DNA of 64,000 nt from Nitrospirales bacterium (GCA_963555755.3 OY820905.2:1152001-1216000), one strand, 5' to 3'; counted from the stretch's first letter, positions 44,488 through 55,479 are shown. The notes: a model not told the origin generated them from the sequence alone. Numbers and translations: made by a program.

Positions 44488-44748
44488 GATTCACCCTCCT
44501 TGGTCAGGGTTTACTGAAGTGCCTTTCCCCCATCAATCAAAAACAAAAGCCCCTGAGTGGTGTCACACCCGAGGGGCTCTTTGGCTTGCCACAATAAATT
44601 GAGAAACGAAAGAGACAACTACCCCATGACTATCTCCTTAACAAAACAAGGTATGGCAAAATTTTTTTGATGTACTGACGGTATCATACGCTTCCAGGGA
44701 AAGGGTGCAAGTAAAAAATGAAAAGGAAACAAGAATACGATTGAGCCG

Positions 44749-46158
44749 CTACCCCACATCGATACTGCCGCGGGCTTCTTTCGTGTGGTTGTCATCTTTC
44801 ACAATGACGCGAACGGTCCATTTTCCAATATCAGTAAACTCCGAGACGGGAAATTTTCCCACGACTCCATTGATAACGGCATCGTCCTCAGCATACACGG
44901 TCTTCCAATCGGCAGGATTTTCTCCTTGACCTAATTGAATTTCAATTTCTTCTAAGTCACTACCCGCCGCGGTTCCAATGACATGAATAAACAATTCGCC
45001 ATCATCTTCAACCGCTATCACTTCATCCACCCGTGCGGTCAAAAAGTAATCGGGATCGGCTTTCAACGCCTTAAAAGCATTCAACCGTCCGGCTCCAAAG
45101 TAATGATCCCAACCAGGCAGCCCAATATCATCAGCAGACTCCAAGAGCATGCGTTCGACTTGCTCATTCGTTAGGTCAGGATTTTTGGCCCACAGGAGAG
45201 AAGCCACGGCTGACACCATTGGCGCAGAGAATGAAGTCCCCGACGCTCGCATGAATTGAGATTCAGGCCCGACGAAGGCTTCCCCAGCTTTATAGGCCTT
45301 AGCTCCGGACAACAGCATGAAATCGGTACGCCGCGCACGAAGCGAGAGAATATCTACGCCTGGCGCCACAAGTTTAATGTGTCGCCCCCAATTGGAAAAC
45401 GCCACCCGTTCATCATGAAGATCAATGGCACCTACAGCCAACACATGATCCATGCTTACCGGAGCTTTATCCGTGGTATCACTTCCAGCATTACCCGCCG
45501 CCACAACGACCAACGCTCCGTTGGCATAGGCATAATCCACCGCATGTTGTGCCGCCTGGGTTAACTCCTCCGCTTCCATGCTGAGATTAATGACACGCGC
45601 CCCATGATTCACGGCATACACAATGGCGCGAGCCGCATTAAACACTCGTCCACGTCCAAAGACAGTCATAATTTTGAGGGGCATGATCTTTACCCCCCAA
45701 TTGATCCCTGCCATGCCGTGGCTGTTATTCGTGTTGGCCGCAATGAGCCCGGCCACAAAGGTACCGTGGCCATCATCGTCCCACGGGTTATTCGTGTTCT
45801 CAACGAAGTTCCAGCCAATGAGGTCATTCACCACCCCATTCGGATCTTCCTTCGGTTTGAACGGTTTGGGGTTTTGCCACACAGAACTTTTCTTGAGATC
45901 CGGATGAAAATAATCCAACCCACTATCCAGCACCGCGACGATCACTGATTGACTTTCCCCGGTTTCTAGATCCCATGCTGAATTCCCAGATCCCTTTGGA
46001 GAAAACCCAATCTTGCTGAGTGCCCATTGATCCATATGGTTTTGATCCCACGCACCCGATGACGAATAATAGGGATCGTTTTGGGCAAAACCCTGCACAG
46101 GGATCAAACAACCCAGGGGCATCCACACGACGGCCAGGATGATGTGAAGCCACCTCAT
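44749..46158 (-). CDS. Secreted S8 (subtilisin-like) serine peptidase
   Basis: Catalytic triad motifs VLDSG, GHGTFVAG, SGTSFSAP; signal peptide. Confidence 0.92.
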   Translation of the reverse strand: MRWLHIILAVVWMPLGCLIPVQGFAQNDPYYSSSGAWDQNHMDQWALSKIGFSPKGSGNSAWDLETGESQSVIVAVLDSGLDYFHPDLKKSSVWQNPKPFKPKEDPNGVVNDLIGWNFVENTNNPWDDDGHGTFVAGLIAANTNNSHGMAGINWGVKIMPLKIMTVFGRGRVFNAARAIVYAVNHGARVINLSMEAEELTQAAQHAVDYAYANGALVVVAAGNAGSDTTDKAPVSMDHVLAVGAIDLHDERVAFSNWGRHIKLVAPGVDILSLRARRTDFMLLSGAKAYKAGEAFVGPESQFMRASGTSFSAPMVSAVASLLWAKNPDLTNEQVERMLLESADDIGLPGWDHYFGAGRLNAFKALKADPDYFLTARVDEVIAVEDDGELFIHVIGTAAGSDLEEIEIQLGQGENPADWKTVYAEDDAVINGVVGKFPVSEFTDIGKWTVRVIVKDDNHTKEARGSIDVG

Positions 46159-47675
46159 CGTCCCACCTCAATCTTCAATGACGGAATAGCCTCGCCTCTG
46201 GCTTGAGGCCACTCCTTCGGATCCAACCCAGGAGCCGGCGCGATATTTATCCCGGCATTAGGCCCAATCCCACTAATTTTGCCGGGATCGAACCGCAGCA
46301 AATCCGTTCGAATTTTGGGAGCTACTTGAAGGTCACCTTGCACGTGGCTCCCATAGTTTAGAGTGTTCCAATTCACCATAATTCCTGATTCTTCGGTAAA
46401 TCGTTCCCCATAGAGCCAGGTATTGGCATTGGAATTGAAATACACAATTTTACTTTCATTATTATTGATCACGGGATTCACAGTCACTTCCTGCCTGCCA
46501 ATAAAGGAGATCCATGGAATGTCCACAATGGTCGAATCAAATCTCCCGCCAACCGCAAACTTGTACTTCCATCGACTCAGATAATCTTCGATGTACGCGT
46601 TATCCACATCCTCAATATTACCCTGCCCTCTCATCGCCCAATCATAGGTTAAGCCGATGGAAAACTGTTTATCGAGCGCATATCGAGCGCCAATTTCAAA
46701 TTTGATGGTGTTGTCTCGAACAGGGGCCATGGGTTGAGGCATCATATCGTTGCCACTGAACGGAACCAGGCCATCGAAACCCAAGAAAAACTCTGGAGTT
46801 TCATATGGAGCCAACGTGACTCCAGAAACAAAAGAAAACGAAGAATCATTGGCAGAGAATTTTTGATCGGACGCATATCGAATGTCACCCTGGATAGAAT
46901 AATTTGATCCCATCCCAACCTTTTGCCCACTTTGCTGGTTTTGAGTATTTTCAGGAGTTGTTGTGGTGCTGCCTTGTTGTGATGATGAACCACTACCTGG
47001 TCCCTGCTGATTTTTCCTTAATTCCTCTATCAACGCGGCCTTAAATTGCTCCATCCACTCCTCGGATAATCGCAAATATCCACGCTCTTCATCTGTCGTC
47101 TTCGTCTCTTGAAGCAATGTCGCAATTGATTGGTTAAAAGCCGTCACCCAGTTCTGATACCGATCCAGCGTATCCGGAGGATGTCGCCGGGCCTGATCCG
47201 TAGCATGAAGCAACTCATGCACCAATATGTCCCACATGGATTGAGTCACACCCAAGAAGGTGAAGTTGGTGTACCATCGGCCGGTTCTCAGTCGATCACA
47301 ATCAATGACGATATACGTCGTGCCACCGCGTGTAGGAGTTCCATCGGCATTAAACGCACCCACTGTTTCACCCCATACTGGAATAAATGACATCTCCGGT
47401 TTTTCAATCTTTAACTCTTTGGCTTTGTCCGAACCGTAACAAATAATCTTAATCGTCTGACCGCTATTGTAGAGCGCGAGCGCCGCAGGATTGGTTCGGC
47501 CCATATTGCTTAACCCTTCATTCACCATGCGCGCTATTTCATCCTCACCAGTCGGCGCACCAAGCGCGAGTGAGACATCGACAGAAAATTCGACGGTGAC
47601 TTCAGCCAACACAGGATTTGGGAGAAAACAAAAAAAGGAAAGAACAACGAGAAGACCGAAGAGTTGCCTCATCAT
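46155..47675 (-). CDS. Secreted hypothetical protein with HExxH motif
   Basis: Signal peptide; VHELLH; S/T/Q-rich linker; overlaps the S8 gene. Confidence 0.7.
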   Translation of the reverse strand: MMRQLFGLLVVLSFFCFLPNPVLAEVTVEFSVDVSLALGAPTGEDEIARMVNEGLSNMGRTNPAALALYNSGQTIKIICYGSDKAKELKIEKPEMSFIPVWGETVGAFNADGTPTRGGTTYIVIDCDRLRTGRWYTNFTFLGVTQSMWDILVHELLHATDQARRHPPDTLDRYQNWVTAFNQSIATLLQETKTTDEERGYLRLSEEWMEQFKAALIEELRKNQQGPGSGSSSQQGSTTTTPENTQNQQSGQKVGMGSNYSIQGDIRYASDQKFSANDSSFSFVSGVTLAPYETPEFFLGFDGLVPFSGNDMMPQPMAPVRDNTIKFEIGARYALDKQFSIGLTYDWAMRGQGNIEDVDNAYIEDYLSRWKYKFAVGGRFDSTIVDIPWISFIGRQEVTVNPVINNNESKIVYFNSNANTWLYGERFTEESGIMVNWNTLNYGSHVQGDLQVAPKIRTDLLRFDPGKISGIGPNAGINIAPAPGLDPKEWPQARGEAIPSLKIEVGR

Positions 47676-47761
47676 GCGACGCTCTCTTGGAATAAGAGTG
47701 AGATTGTATCACCTTACGCAGAAAGGAGGAAATTTAAAATTCTCTAGGATAGAACTAAGAA

Positions 47762-47932
47762 CTATGGAAGAGGAATGGCCGAGGAGGTGGCCACAGAAAC
47801 AAGCGGCCCCGGATAAATACCGAGGAACACGACTCCAGCCACCGCGCAGGCAAGTACGACAGTGGCGGTTGGGGAAAGCGCGAGGCGGGTTTCCAGTTCT
47901 TGGTCAGAGGAAGGCTCACGCATATACATAAC
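47762..47932 (-). pseudogene. nuoN: Orphan duplicate of the nuoN 3' end (57 codons including stop)
   Basis: Same peptide as 48796-48966, with 20 third-position differences counted by eye. Confidence 0.9.
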
Positions 47933-47976
47933 ATCCCAGGAATTTTCATGGATACATTTTAAAAGTCCGCTCTTCC

Positions 47977-48327
47977 TTATCGAGTATTTTCGGATTCTAG
48001 GATTTTCAATAACTGCTCAATCAAAGGTGGAAGATCATCTGTCAACGTATCCCAAACACGGTCCAAATCAATATCGAAATAGGCGTGAATGAGGCGGTGC
48101 CGCATGGTGATGATTTCTCCCCACGGAATTGCTGGATATTGATCACAAGTCACACTCGTCACTTTGGTTGCGGCTTCTCCCACAATTTCTATGCACTTGA
48201 CCAAGGACAAGGTCAATTTCCTATCGTTTTCTAGGTCAGAGCGGGTTTTATCATTGGCAAAGGAAATTGCTTCCTTTGCTGCATCAAGCATGTGACGCAA
48301 CCGAATGTCATCTTCCTTCTTGGACAT
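47977..48327 (-). CDS. HEPN (DUF86/HepT-like) ribonuclease toxin
   Basis: IEIVGEAA, IPW...MRHRLIHAYF (Rx4H). Confidence 0.9.
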   Translation of the reverse strand: MSKKEDDIRLRHMLDAAKEAISFANDKTRSDLENDRKLTLSLVKCIEIVGEAATKVTSVTCDQYPAIPWGEIITMRHRLIHAYFDIDLDRVWDTLTDDLPPLIEQLLKILESENTR

Positions 48328-48619
48328 ATTCCACCTTGGCAGTCCGCAAGACATCATCACGAAAATACCGACTTAATTCAGCAGGCGTTCTCAGATCAAC
48401 TTTTCTCCCGATTAAAGCTGACAATTCTTGTTCCATCCCAGCCAGACGGATAAATCCCACACGAGTACCAGGAACAAACTCAACTAAGATATCCACATCA
48501 CTGTCCGGGCCAAAATCGTCTCTCAACACAGAACCAAAAAATGATAGTTTCTGGATGCTGTGTTTTTTGCAAAAATCTTTGATCTGATCCGATGCAACAT
48601 GTATGTGACATTGAGCCAT
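48308..48619 (-). CDS. Minimal nucleotidyltransferase (MntA-like) antitoxin
   Basis: FGSVLRDDFGPDSDVDILVEF...GRKVDL. Confidence 0.9.
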   Translation of the reverse strand: MAQCHIHVASDQIKDFCKKHSIQKLSFFGSVLRDDFGPDSDVDILVEFVPGTRVGFIRLAGMEQELSALIGRKVDLRTPAELSRYFRDDVLRTAKVEYVQEGR

Positions 48620-48795
48620 ACAACACCTCAAAGGGCAGGGACATTACCAAACGCGAACACTCCATGTTCGCGTCTAGGAAAATTCAAATCACCGAGCAGT
48701 ATACCTAACATTGACAAGCCAGTTTAACAGAAATTCCCAGAAGGTGTTCGGAATTACAAAATGGACAAGCTTTTCAGATAAATTTTTGCTTGGGA

Positions 48796-50277
48796 CTATG
48801 GAAGAGGAATAGCCGAGGACGTGGCCACAGAAACAAGGGGGCCCGGGTAGATACCAAGAAACACGACTCCAGCGACGGCGCAAGCGAGGACGACCGTGGC
48901 GGTTGGAGAAAGCGCGAGGCGGGTTTCGAGTTCTTGGTCAGAGGAGGGCTCGCGCATGTACATGACCATGACGACGCGAAGATAGTAAAACGCGGAGACC
49001 GCGGCGAAGATCAAACCCAACACAGCCAGCCAGGTCAGGCCGGCATCTACTGCGGCCATTAAAAGATAAAATTTCCCAATGAATCCTGCCGTGGGTGGGA
49101 TGCCCGCGAGCGATATCATAAACAGCATCATGAGAAAGGCGGCCCCTTGGTGGCGTTTGGCCAAACCGGTGAAGTCATCTAACTCCTCACCTTCTAATCC
49201 ACCTCGACGTAAGATGGCGACAATGGTAAACGCACCCATGGTCATAAACGAATAAATCGCCAGGTACAGCATGAGGCTGGAAACTCCGCGAGAGGCGACG
49301 CCGGCTTCTGTGCCCATCCACCCAGTGACCACCACGCCAATCAAGGCATAGCCTGCATGGGCGATGCTCGAATATGCCAACATCCGTTTGATGTTGGTCT
49401 GCACAATCGCCACGAGATTCCCCAGGATAAGCGTCAGGACACACATGCCTAAAATGAGTCCACTCCAATTGGGTTTGACTCCACCAAAACCTTCGAGCAA
49501 CACACGAAGAAACGCAGCAAAGCTTGCGGCTTTTGACGCCACCGCCATAAACACAGTGACTGTGGTGGGGGCACCTTGATACACATCTGGCGTCCACATA
49601 TGGAACGGCACGGCTGCGACTTTAAATCCAAAACCGACGATCAAAAGCATCATCGAAATCATGACCAGGGGATCATTCAAGCCTCGGGCAGTCACCGCCG
49701 TGGAAATTTCGGCTAAATTGGTACTCCCGGCCACCCCGAAAAGCAACGAAATGCCGTACAACAAGATTCCTGACGAAAATGCCCCCAAGATAAAATACTT
49801 GGCCGATGCTTCAATGGATTTCGCCTCAAACCGTTTGAAGCCAGCCATGATATACAATGAAATCGACATCAGCTCGATTCCTAGATAGATGACCAACAGG
49901 TCAGTACCGGAGACCATGATCATCATGCCCGTGAGGGACAGCATGATAAATCCATAGAATTCTGCAAGCTCGATCTTCTCGTCTTTGAGGTACCCGATTG
50001 ACAGGAGAATGGTCAGCCCACTGACAAGGTACAACAGCAATTTCCAAAACGAAGCATAGGAATCCACCACGACCATATTGCCAAACGCAAACGTTTGCTG
50101 GCCCATTCCGGCAGCGGTCACAAAAAAGCACACCACTAGCGTACCAAAACACATCCAAGCCAGAAAATCTTTTTTGGAGGCAGGCGTAATTGGATCCAAA
50201 ACTAACAGGACGCAGGCTGTGAACACCACGAGCAACTCAGGCAGGATGGTAACAAGATCGGCTAAAGGAATACTCAT
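48796..50277 (-). CDS. nuoN: NADH-quinone oxidoreductase subunit N
   Basis: FKVAAVPFHMWTPDVYQGAP, KRMLAYSSIAH. Confidence 0.95.
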   Translation of the reverse strand: MSIPLADLVTILPELLVVFTACVLLVLDPITPASKKDFLAWMCFGTLVVCFFVTAAGMGQQTFAFGNMVVVDSYASFWKLLLYLVSGLTILLSIGYLKDEKIELAEFYGFIMLSLTGMMIMVSGTDLLVIYLGIELMSISLYIMAGFKRFEAKSIEASAKYFILGAFSSGILLYGISLLFGVAGSTNLAEISTAVTARGLNDPLVMISMMLLIVGFGFKVAAVPFHMWTPDVYQGAPTTVTVFMAVASKAASFAAFLRVLLEGFGGVKPNWSGLILGMCVLTLILGNLVAIVQTNIKRMLAYSSIAHAGYALIGVVVTGWMGTEAGVASRGVSSLMLYLAIYSFMTMGAFTIVAILRRGGLEGEELDDFTGLAKRHQGAAFLMMLFMISLAGIPPTAGFIGKFYLLMAAVDAGLTWLAVLGLIFAAVSAFYYLRVVMVMYMREPSSDQELETRLALSPTATVVLACAVAGVVFLGIYPGPLVSVATSSAIPLP

Positions 50278-51845
50278 CGAGCCAACGCCTCCCGACCTAA
50301 GGCGAAGGAGGAAGAATCCGTGAGCACATAACTTTCCAAGATGTTTTGTCCAGGATTTTCCACGGTCATCACTCGCACTTCTTGTTGGATCAGGTTTTCC
50401 ACGCTCGCATGCATCACATCTAACAGTGGCTTCGGATACAGCCCAATCCAAAATATAAACCCAACGAGCGGAAGCAACAGGCCTATTTCACGCGGATTCA
50501 TATCATAGAGTTTGGACAGCATGTGTTGAGCCGGGACACCATAGACTACGCGCTGAAGCATCCAAAGGATGTACGCCGCCGCCAGGATCACGCCAAGAGC
50601 GGCTAACGTGGCGGCAAGCTTACTCCACATAAACGTTCCAATCAGCACAAGAAATTCACCCACAAAACTGTTCATCCCTGGCAGACCAACCGACGAGAGC
50701 GCAAAGATCACTAAGAAGGTCGCGTAGCAGGGCATCGGCTTGGCAAGGCCGGAGTTATCGGAAATTTCCCGGCTATGTGTTCGTTCATAAATAATTCCCA
50801 CGCACAAAAACAGCCCGCCGGTGGTGATGCCGTGATTGACCATCTGCAAGATCGCGCCTTCAATCCCTTGCGCATTCAGCGCAAAAATCCCGAGCGTGAC
50901 AAACCCCATATGACTGACACTGGAATACGCAATGAGCTTCTTGAGGTCAGACTGCGCAAAAGCCATGTACGCGCCATAGATGATTGCGATAACAGACAAC
51001 GTCATAATGATTGGAGTGAAGGTGAGCGTGGCATCAGGTAGCATGGGCAAGGTAAACCGTAGAAATCCGTACGTTCCCATCTTGAGCAACACACTCGCGA
51101 GAATGACACTGCCAGCAGTCGGCGCTTCCACATGCGCATCAGGCAGCCATGTGTGAAATGGAAACATCGGAACCTTGACCGCAAACGCTACAAAAAATGC
51201 CCAAAACAACCACGCTTGGAGCGTAGGCGAATACGCCGCTTGGCTTAATGTGAGAATATCGAAAGTATCTTCACCTGAATTGAAGAAGATGACAATGATG
51301 GCTACTAGGAGCAACACGCTCCCCGCCAACGTATAGAGGAAAAACTTGATCGCCGCATAGACACGATTCTCCCCACCCCACACGCCAATGAGCAGATACA
51401 TGGGAATGAGCATGGTTTCCCAGAAGATGTAAAACAGCACAAAGTCAAGCGCCACAAACACTCCGAGGGTGGCGGTTTCCATCACCAGCAAACTAATCAT
51501 GAATTCGCGAATCCGCGTATTGATCGAAGTCCAGGACACGAGAACGCACAGTGGAGTCAAAAAGGTGGTGAGCAGAACAAGCGGCAAACTAATACCATCC
51601 ACCCCAACCGCATAGTTGATGGATGGAGAGGCAATCCAATGATGTTTCTCAACAAATTGCATGGCGGATGTTGCTTCATTAAACATGCCCCACAGGGGAA
51701 GGGACACGAGCAGGACCACTGACGAAGCGGCAAAGCCAATCCATTTGGCCATTTCTTCTTTGGCCAACAAAATAGCCACCACTCCCAAAATCGGGAGAAA
51801 GACGACTAAGGTGATCCAGGGAAATCCGCCGGAGGAAACAGTCAT
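50274..51845 (-). CDS. nuoM: NADH-quinone oxidoreductase subunit M
   Basis: KVPMFPFHTWLPDAHVEAPT, DLKKLIAYSSVSH. Confidence 0.95.
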   Translation of the reverse strand: MTVSSGGFPWITLVVFLPILGVVAILLAKEEMAKWIGFAASSVVLLVSLPLWGMFNEATSAMQFVEKHHWIASPSINYAVGVDGISLPLVLLTTFLTPLCVLVSWTSINTRIREFMISLLVMETATLGVFVALDFVLFYIFWETMLIPMYLLIGVWGGENRVYAAIKFFLYTLAGSVLLLVAIIVIFFNSGEDTFDILTLSQAAYSPTLQAWLFWAFFVAFAVKVPMFPFHTWLPDAHVEAPTAGSVILASVLLKMGTYGFLRFTLPMLPDATLTFTPIIMTLSVIAIIYGAYMAFAQSDLKKLIAYSSVSHMGFVTLGIFALNAQGIEGAILQMVNHGITTGGLFLCVGIIYERTHSREISDNSGLAKPMPCYATFLVIFALSSVGLPGMNSFVGEFLVLIGTFMWSKLAATLAALGVILAAAYILWMLQRVVYGVPAQHMLSKLYDMNPREIGLLLPLVGFIFWIGLYPKPLLDVMHASVENLIQQEVRVMTVENPGQNILESYVLTDSSSFALGREALAR

Positions 51846-51871
51846 TTCAGTGATACAACTCCATAACAAAA

Positions 51872-51909
51872 ACCCCTCACCCTACCCTCTCCCCACAGGG
51901 GCGAGGGGA
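51872..51909. repeat. REP-like palindrome between nuoL and nuoM
   Basis: cccctcaccctaccctctccccacaggggcgagggga, like 32238. Confidence 0.65.
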
Positions 51910-51927
51910 AGACACAACCCTCAGTAC

Positions 51928-53826
51928 CTAAAACACGACATACGCTGTAAGAATAACCACCGCACCTACGGTCATGCTCAAGGCGTAATTTTGGGTTTCA
52001 CCAGTTTGGATGAACCGTGCCACCCATCCCCACCAGGCGAAACCACGGGCGACACCATTGACCGCATTATCAATAATGGCGATATCAAACTTCTTCCACA
52101 TGTAATCCGCCATTTTAAACGTCGGATTCACAATCGCCTTATCATACGCTTCGTCCACATACCACTTGTTAAGAGAAAGGTTGTACAGCATGCTCCATTG
52201 AGTCATCAGGCGATCAGGAATGTCAGGCGACTTCACGTAGAACAAATAGGCCACGCCAATACCAATTAATCCTGCCAGGGTCGCAACAATCATGATGCCC
52301 GTGGCGGCTGGGCCATGATGTCCTGCCCCTTCACTTCCAGGAAACGCATGTTGGAGAAACTCCGGGATCCCAATATACCCCGTGACGATACTCAACACGG
52401 CCAGCACCAACAGGGGGACCGTGACCACTTTTGCGGGTTCACGCACATCATCGGCATGATGCGGATCAACACGAGACTCGCCCCAAAACGTGACAAACAC
52501 CAAACGGAAGCTATAGAACGCCGTCATCCCCGCGGTCAGAACCCCTAACACGGTAAGCGTTTGGCCCAATGCGCCAGCGTTCCAGGCTGACAGGAGCAAT
52601 TCATCCTTACTGAAAAACCCGGCGGTCAGGGGAAACCCTGCTAAGGCCAACGAACCGATGATAAATGTCCAATAGGTGATCGGCAGTTTATCTTTGAGGC
52701 CACCCATGTGACGCATATCCTGTTCATGGTGCACAGCCAGAATCACCGAGCCACAGCCCAAGAACAGCAAGGCCTTAAACGCGCCGTGGGTGAGCAAATG
52801 ATAAATGCCAAAGACATATCCGCCTAACCCACAGGCCATCATCATGTACCCCAGCTGGCTCAATGTGGAATAGGCCACGATCCGCTTAATATCCGTTTGG
52901 GTTATGGCAATCGTCGCGCCGACAATCATGGTTAACCCGCCGACCACGGCCACAACATCCATGGCAACCGGAGACAAGTTGTACAGCGGCGCAAGCCTCG
53001 CCACCATAAATACACCAGCCGTCACCATGGTGGCCGCATGAATAAGCGCGGAAATCGGTGTCGGCCCTTCCATGGCATCCGGCAACCACACATGCAGCGG
53101 AACTTGGGCAGACTTCCCAACCGCGCCGACAAACAACAAGAGACAGATCAACGTCATCGCCGAGACTTCCCAGCCACCTCCCACTGCGCCCAACAAATCA
53201 ACTGTCTCCCCAACATGTGCAGCAGCGTCGGCAAACACTGGCTGGTATTGAAGGGTTCCAAAGGTCACAAACACCAACAAGACTCCGAGCAGGAATCCAA
53301 AGTCGCCAATACGGTTGACGAGGAAGGCCTTCGTGGCTGCCGCGCGTGCGGAGGGCCGCTCATACCAATGCCCAATGAGTAAATACGAGCACAGCCCCAC
53401 GGCTTCCCAAAACACAAACAGCTGGACGAAGTTATCGGACATCACGAGCATGAGCATCGAAAACGTGAAGAGCGCGATGTTCCCAAAAAACCTAGCGTAT
53501 CCTGGATCACCATGCATATAGCCGATCGTGTACACATGAACGAGTCCACTGACGATGGTCACCAGCAGTAACATCGCGGCCGTCAATTGATCCACATACA
53601 AGCCAAGGCGAATGGTCAGTTCACCCGACGTTGCCCACGTATAAAGGGGAATTTCCAAGACGTGGCCATCCACCACCTCTGAACATGCCATAACCGACAG
53701 CACAAAGGAGATCCCTACCGCCGGGACGGCAATAAGATGTGCGCGATCCTTGATGCGATGCCCCAATAGCCCGAGCACGATAAAGGCAAACAGTGGGAGA
53801 AGTGGAATCAGCGCGTAGAGCATCAA
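51928..53826 (-). CDS. nuoL: NADH-quinone oxidoreductase subunit L
   Basis: GKSAQVPLHVWLPDAMEGPTPISALIHAATMV. Confidence 0.95.
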   Translation of the reverse strand: MMLYALIPLLPLFAFIVLGLLGHRIKDRAHLIAVPAVGISFVLSVMACSEVVDGHVLEIPLYTWATSGELTIRLGLYVDQLTAAMLLLVTIVSGLVHVYTIGYMHGDPGYARFFGNIALFTFSMLMLVMSDNFVQLFVFWEAVGLCSYLLIGHWYERPSARAAATKAFLVNRIGDFGFLLGVLLVFVTFGTLQYQPVFADAAAHVGETVDLLGAVGGGWEVSAMTLICLLLFVGAVGKSAQVPLHVWLPDAMEGPTPISALIHAATMVTAGVFMVARLAPLYNLSPVAMDVVAVVGGLTMIVGATIAITQTDIKRIVAYSTLSQLGYMMMACGLGGYVFGIYHLLTHGAFKALLFLGCGSVILAVHHEQDMRHMGGLKDKLPITYWTFIIGSLALAGFPLTAGFFSKDELLLSAWNAGALGQTLTVLGVLTAGMTAFYSFRLVFVTFWGESRVDPHHADDVREPAKVVTVPLLVLAVLSIVTGYIGIPEFLQHAFPGSEGAGHHGPAATGIMIVATLAGLIGIGVAYLFYVKSPDIPDRLMTQWSMLYNLSLNKWYVDEAYDKAIVNPTFKMADYMWKKFDIAIIDNAVNGVARGFAWWGWVARFIQTGETQNYALSMTVGAVVILTAYVVF

Positions 53827-53827
53827 C

Positions 53828-54133
53828 CTACCATTTCAACAAGCTGAAATCATCGACATTGATACTCTCATGGTGTCGATACAACGCAATGATAATCGCT
53901 AATCCGACGGCCACTTCAGCGGCAGCCACCGTCAACGCGAAAAAGACAAACACCTGGCCAGCCAGATTGCCCAAATAGGCGGAGAAGGCCACGAAGTTGA
54001 TATTGGTGGCATTGAGCATGAGCTCAATCGACAAGAGGATGACGATGATATTTCGACGGACCAGAACTCCGACAAGGCCGATCAGAAACACCAGCCCGCT
54101 CAAAGCCAAGTAAAATTCAATAGGAACACTCAT
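53828..54133 (-). CDS. nuoK: NADH-quinone oxidoreductase subunit K
   Basis: [19 protein letters not shown]. Confidence 0.95.
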   Translation of the reverse strand: MSVPIEFYLALSGLVFLIGLVGVLVRRNIIVILLSIELMLNATNINFVAFSAYLGNLAGQVFVFFALTVAAAEVAVGLAIIIALYRHHESINVDDFSLLKW

Positions 54134-54654
54134 GATGATTTCGACTCAAAAATATCTTTTTTCGTCAAGATCACGGCGCCGACCATCGCCACCAACAAAA
54201 TCAGCGAGGCGATTTCAAAGGGAAAAAGATATGTGGAATACAAAATCTCACCAATGGACTCCGTATTTCCAACAGACGCCCCCGGCTCGCCTAAAGATGG
54301 TGAGCGTGGAGACGCCACGGTGATGCCCTGGCTGACTCCCAACACCACGGATTCCACCAACAGCACGCCCCCCAAACACAGCGCCACGAAGCTCTGCTTA
54401 TTATATTTTTCCTCACCTTTGATATTGAGCAGCATCACGACAAAGAGGTACAGCACCAAAATAGCGCCGGCATAGACAATGATTTGAATGGCTGCGAGAA
54501 ACTCGGCATGCAGCGTGACATACAAGCCCGCGACATGAAAAAACATGACGAGGAGGGACATTGCACTATAGATGGGATTTCGGAGCGCCACCACTAACGT
54601 CGCCGTCAGTACAATCACTCCGGCAAGGTAGAAAAAGATCAGGGTTCCTAACAA
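54130..54654 (-). CDS. nuoJ: NADH-quinone oxidoreductase subunit J
   Basis: [30 protein letters not shown]. Confidence 0.95.
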   Translation of the reverse strand: MLGTLIFFYLAGVIVLTATLVVALRNPIYSAMSLLVMFFHVAGLYVTLHAEFLAAIQIIVYAGAILVLYLFVVMLLNIKGEEKYNKQSFVALCLGGVLLVESVVLGVSQGITVASPRSPSLGEPGASVGNTESIGEILYSTYLFPFEIASLILLVAMVGAVILTKKDIFESKSS

Positions 54655-54675
54655 ATCGTCCTCTTACCCTACTTA

Positions 54676-54855
54676 GGACCTGAGAGAAAATAACTTGAAC
54701 AATTTCGCATCCAATCTTCGGGCCATCTTTGAACGGGCCTCAATCGAAAAACCCTCAACATAGCTGTGCTATGCCTCGGGTTTTTCTCAATCGTTCCGTC
54801 CAAATCTAACCCAAATCTTGGCGCGAAAGTGTTCAAGTTATTTTCTCTCAGGTCC
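54676..54855. repeat. Hairpin element family G, 180 bp
   Basis: 26-bp perfect TIR ggacctgagagaaaataacttgaaca; TTA on both flanks; single copy in the window. Confidence 0.85.
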
Positions 54856-54917
54856 TTACACATTCAATTCCACTCCAATGCCCGGCGCATTGGGAATGGA
54901 GACCATGAAGGTGTTAA

Positions 54918-55457
54918 TCAGAATTCTTTCTCGGGAATATCTTTGAATGACACGTTGAAATACGCAACGTTCGGATGTTGAAATTCCAAGCGCTTTTCTT
55001 TGACCGGGAAGGCACGTTCCCCAATAGCCAACAACTGCTCTTTATTTAACTCCAAATCGCGTTTGTTAGACACAGCCCATTCGAATTCCTGGGTCATGGC
55101 CAAGGCATCAACCGGGCAGGCTTGGACGCACATTCCGCAAAACAGACATCGCGTCATGTCCATGTAGTATTCTTTGGCATACCGCTTGGTGGGTTCACCC
55201 GGCACTTCGGCGCTCACGACTCGAATTACCCGCGACGGACAGGCTGCCTCACACAAATCACAACCCACACATTTTTCTGTGTCGTCATCGTACCGAAGAA
55301 GGGCCAACATCCCTCGATAATTACTCGGCAAGGACTTTTTGACATGCGGATATTCCAAGGTAATGGGGCGGTAATGCAGCAAGTGCTTCATCGTCTGCTT
55401 CATCCCTATCAGGATCTCGTAAAAAATCAGTGTTTTGAGCCACGCTTTGATTTTCAT
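54918..55457 (-). CDS. nuoI: NADH-quinone oxidoreductase subunit I
   Basis: Two CxxCxxCxxxCP motifs. Confidence 0.95.
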   Translation of the reverse strand: MKIKAWLKTLIFYEILIGMKQTMKHLLHYRPITLEYPHVKKSLPSNYRGMLALLRYDDDTEKCVGCDLCEAACPSRVIRVVSAEVPGEPTKRYAKEYYMDMTRCLFCGMCVQACPVDALAMTQEFEWAVSNKRDLELNKEQLLAIGERAFPVKEKRLEFQHPNVAYFNVSFKDIPEKEF

Positions 55458-55479
55458 GAAAATCTCAACTTCATCCTTA

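Noticed and set aside
47762..48966. Diversity-generating retroelement TR/VR pair (also considered for the acs repeat)
   Set aside because: Differences are synonymous third-position changes, not adenine-specific, and there is no reverse transcriptase in the window
48796..53826. Double-NuoM (2M) complex I
   Set aside because: Only one nuoM lies between nuoL and nuoN
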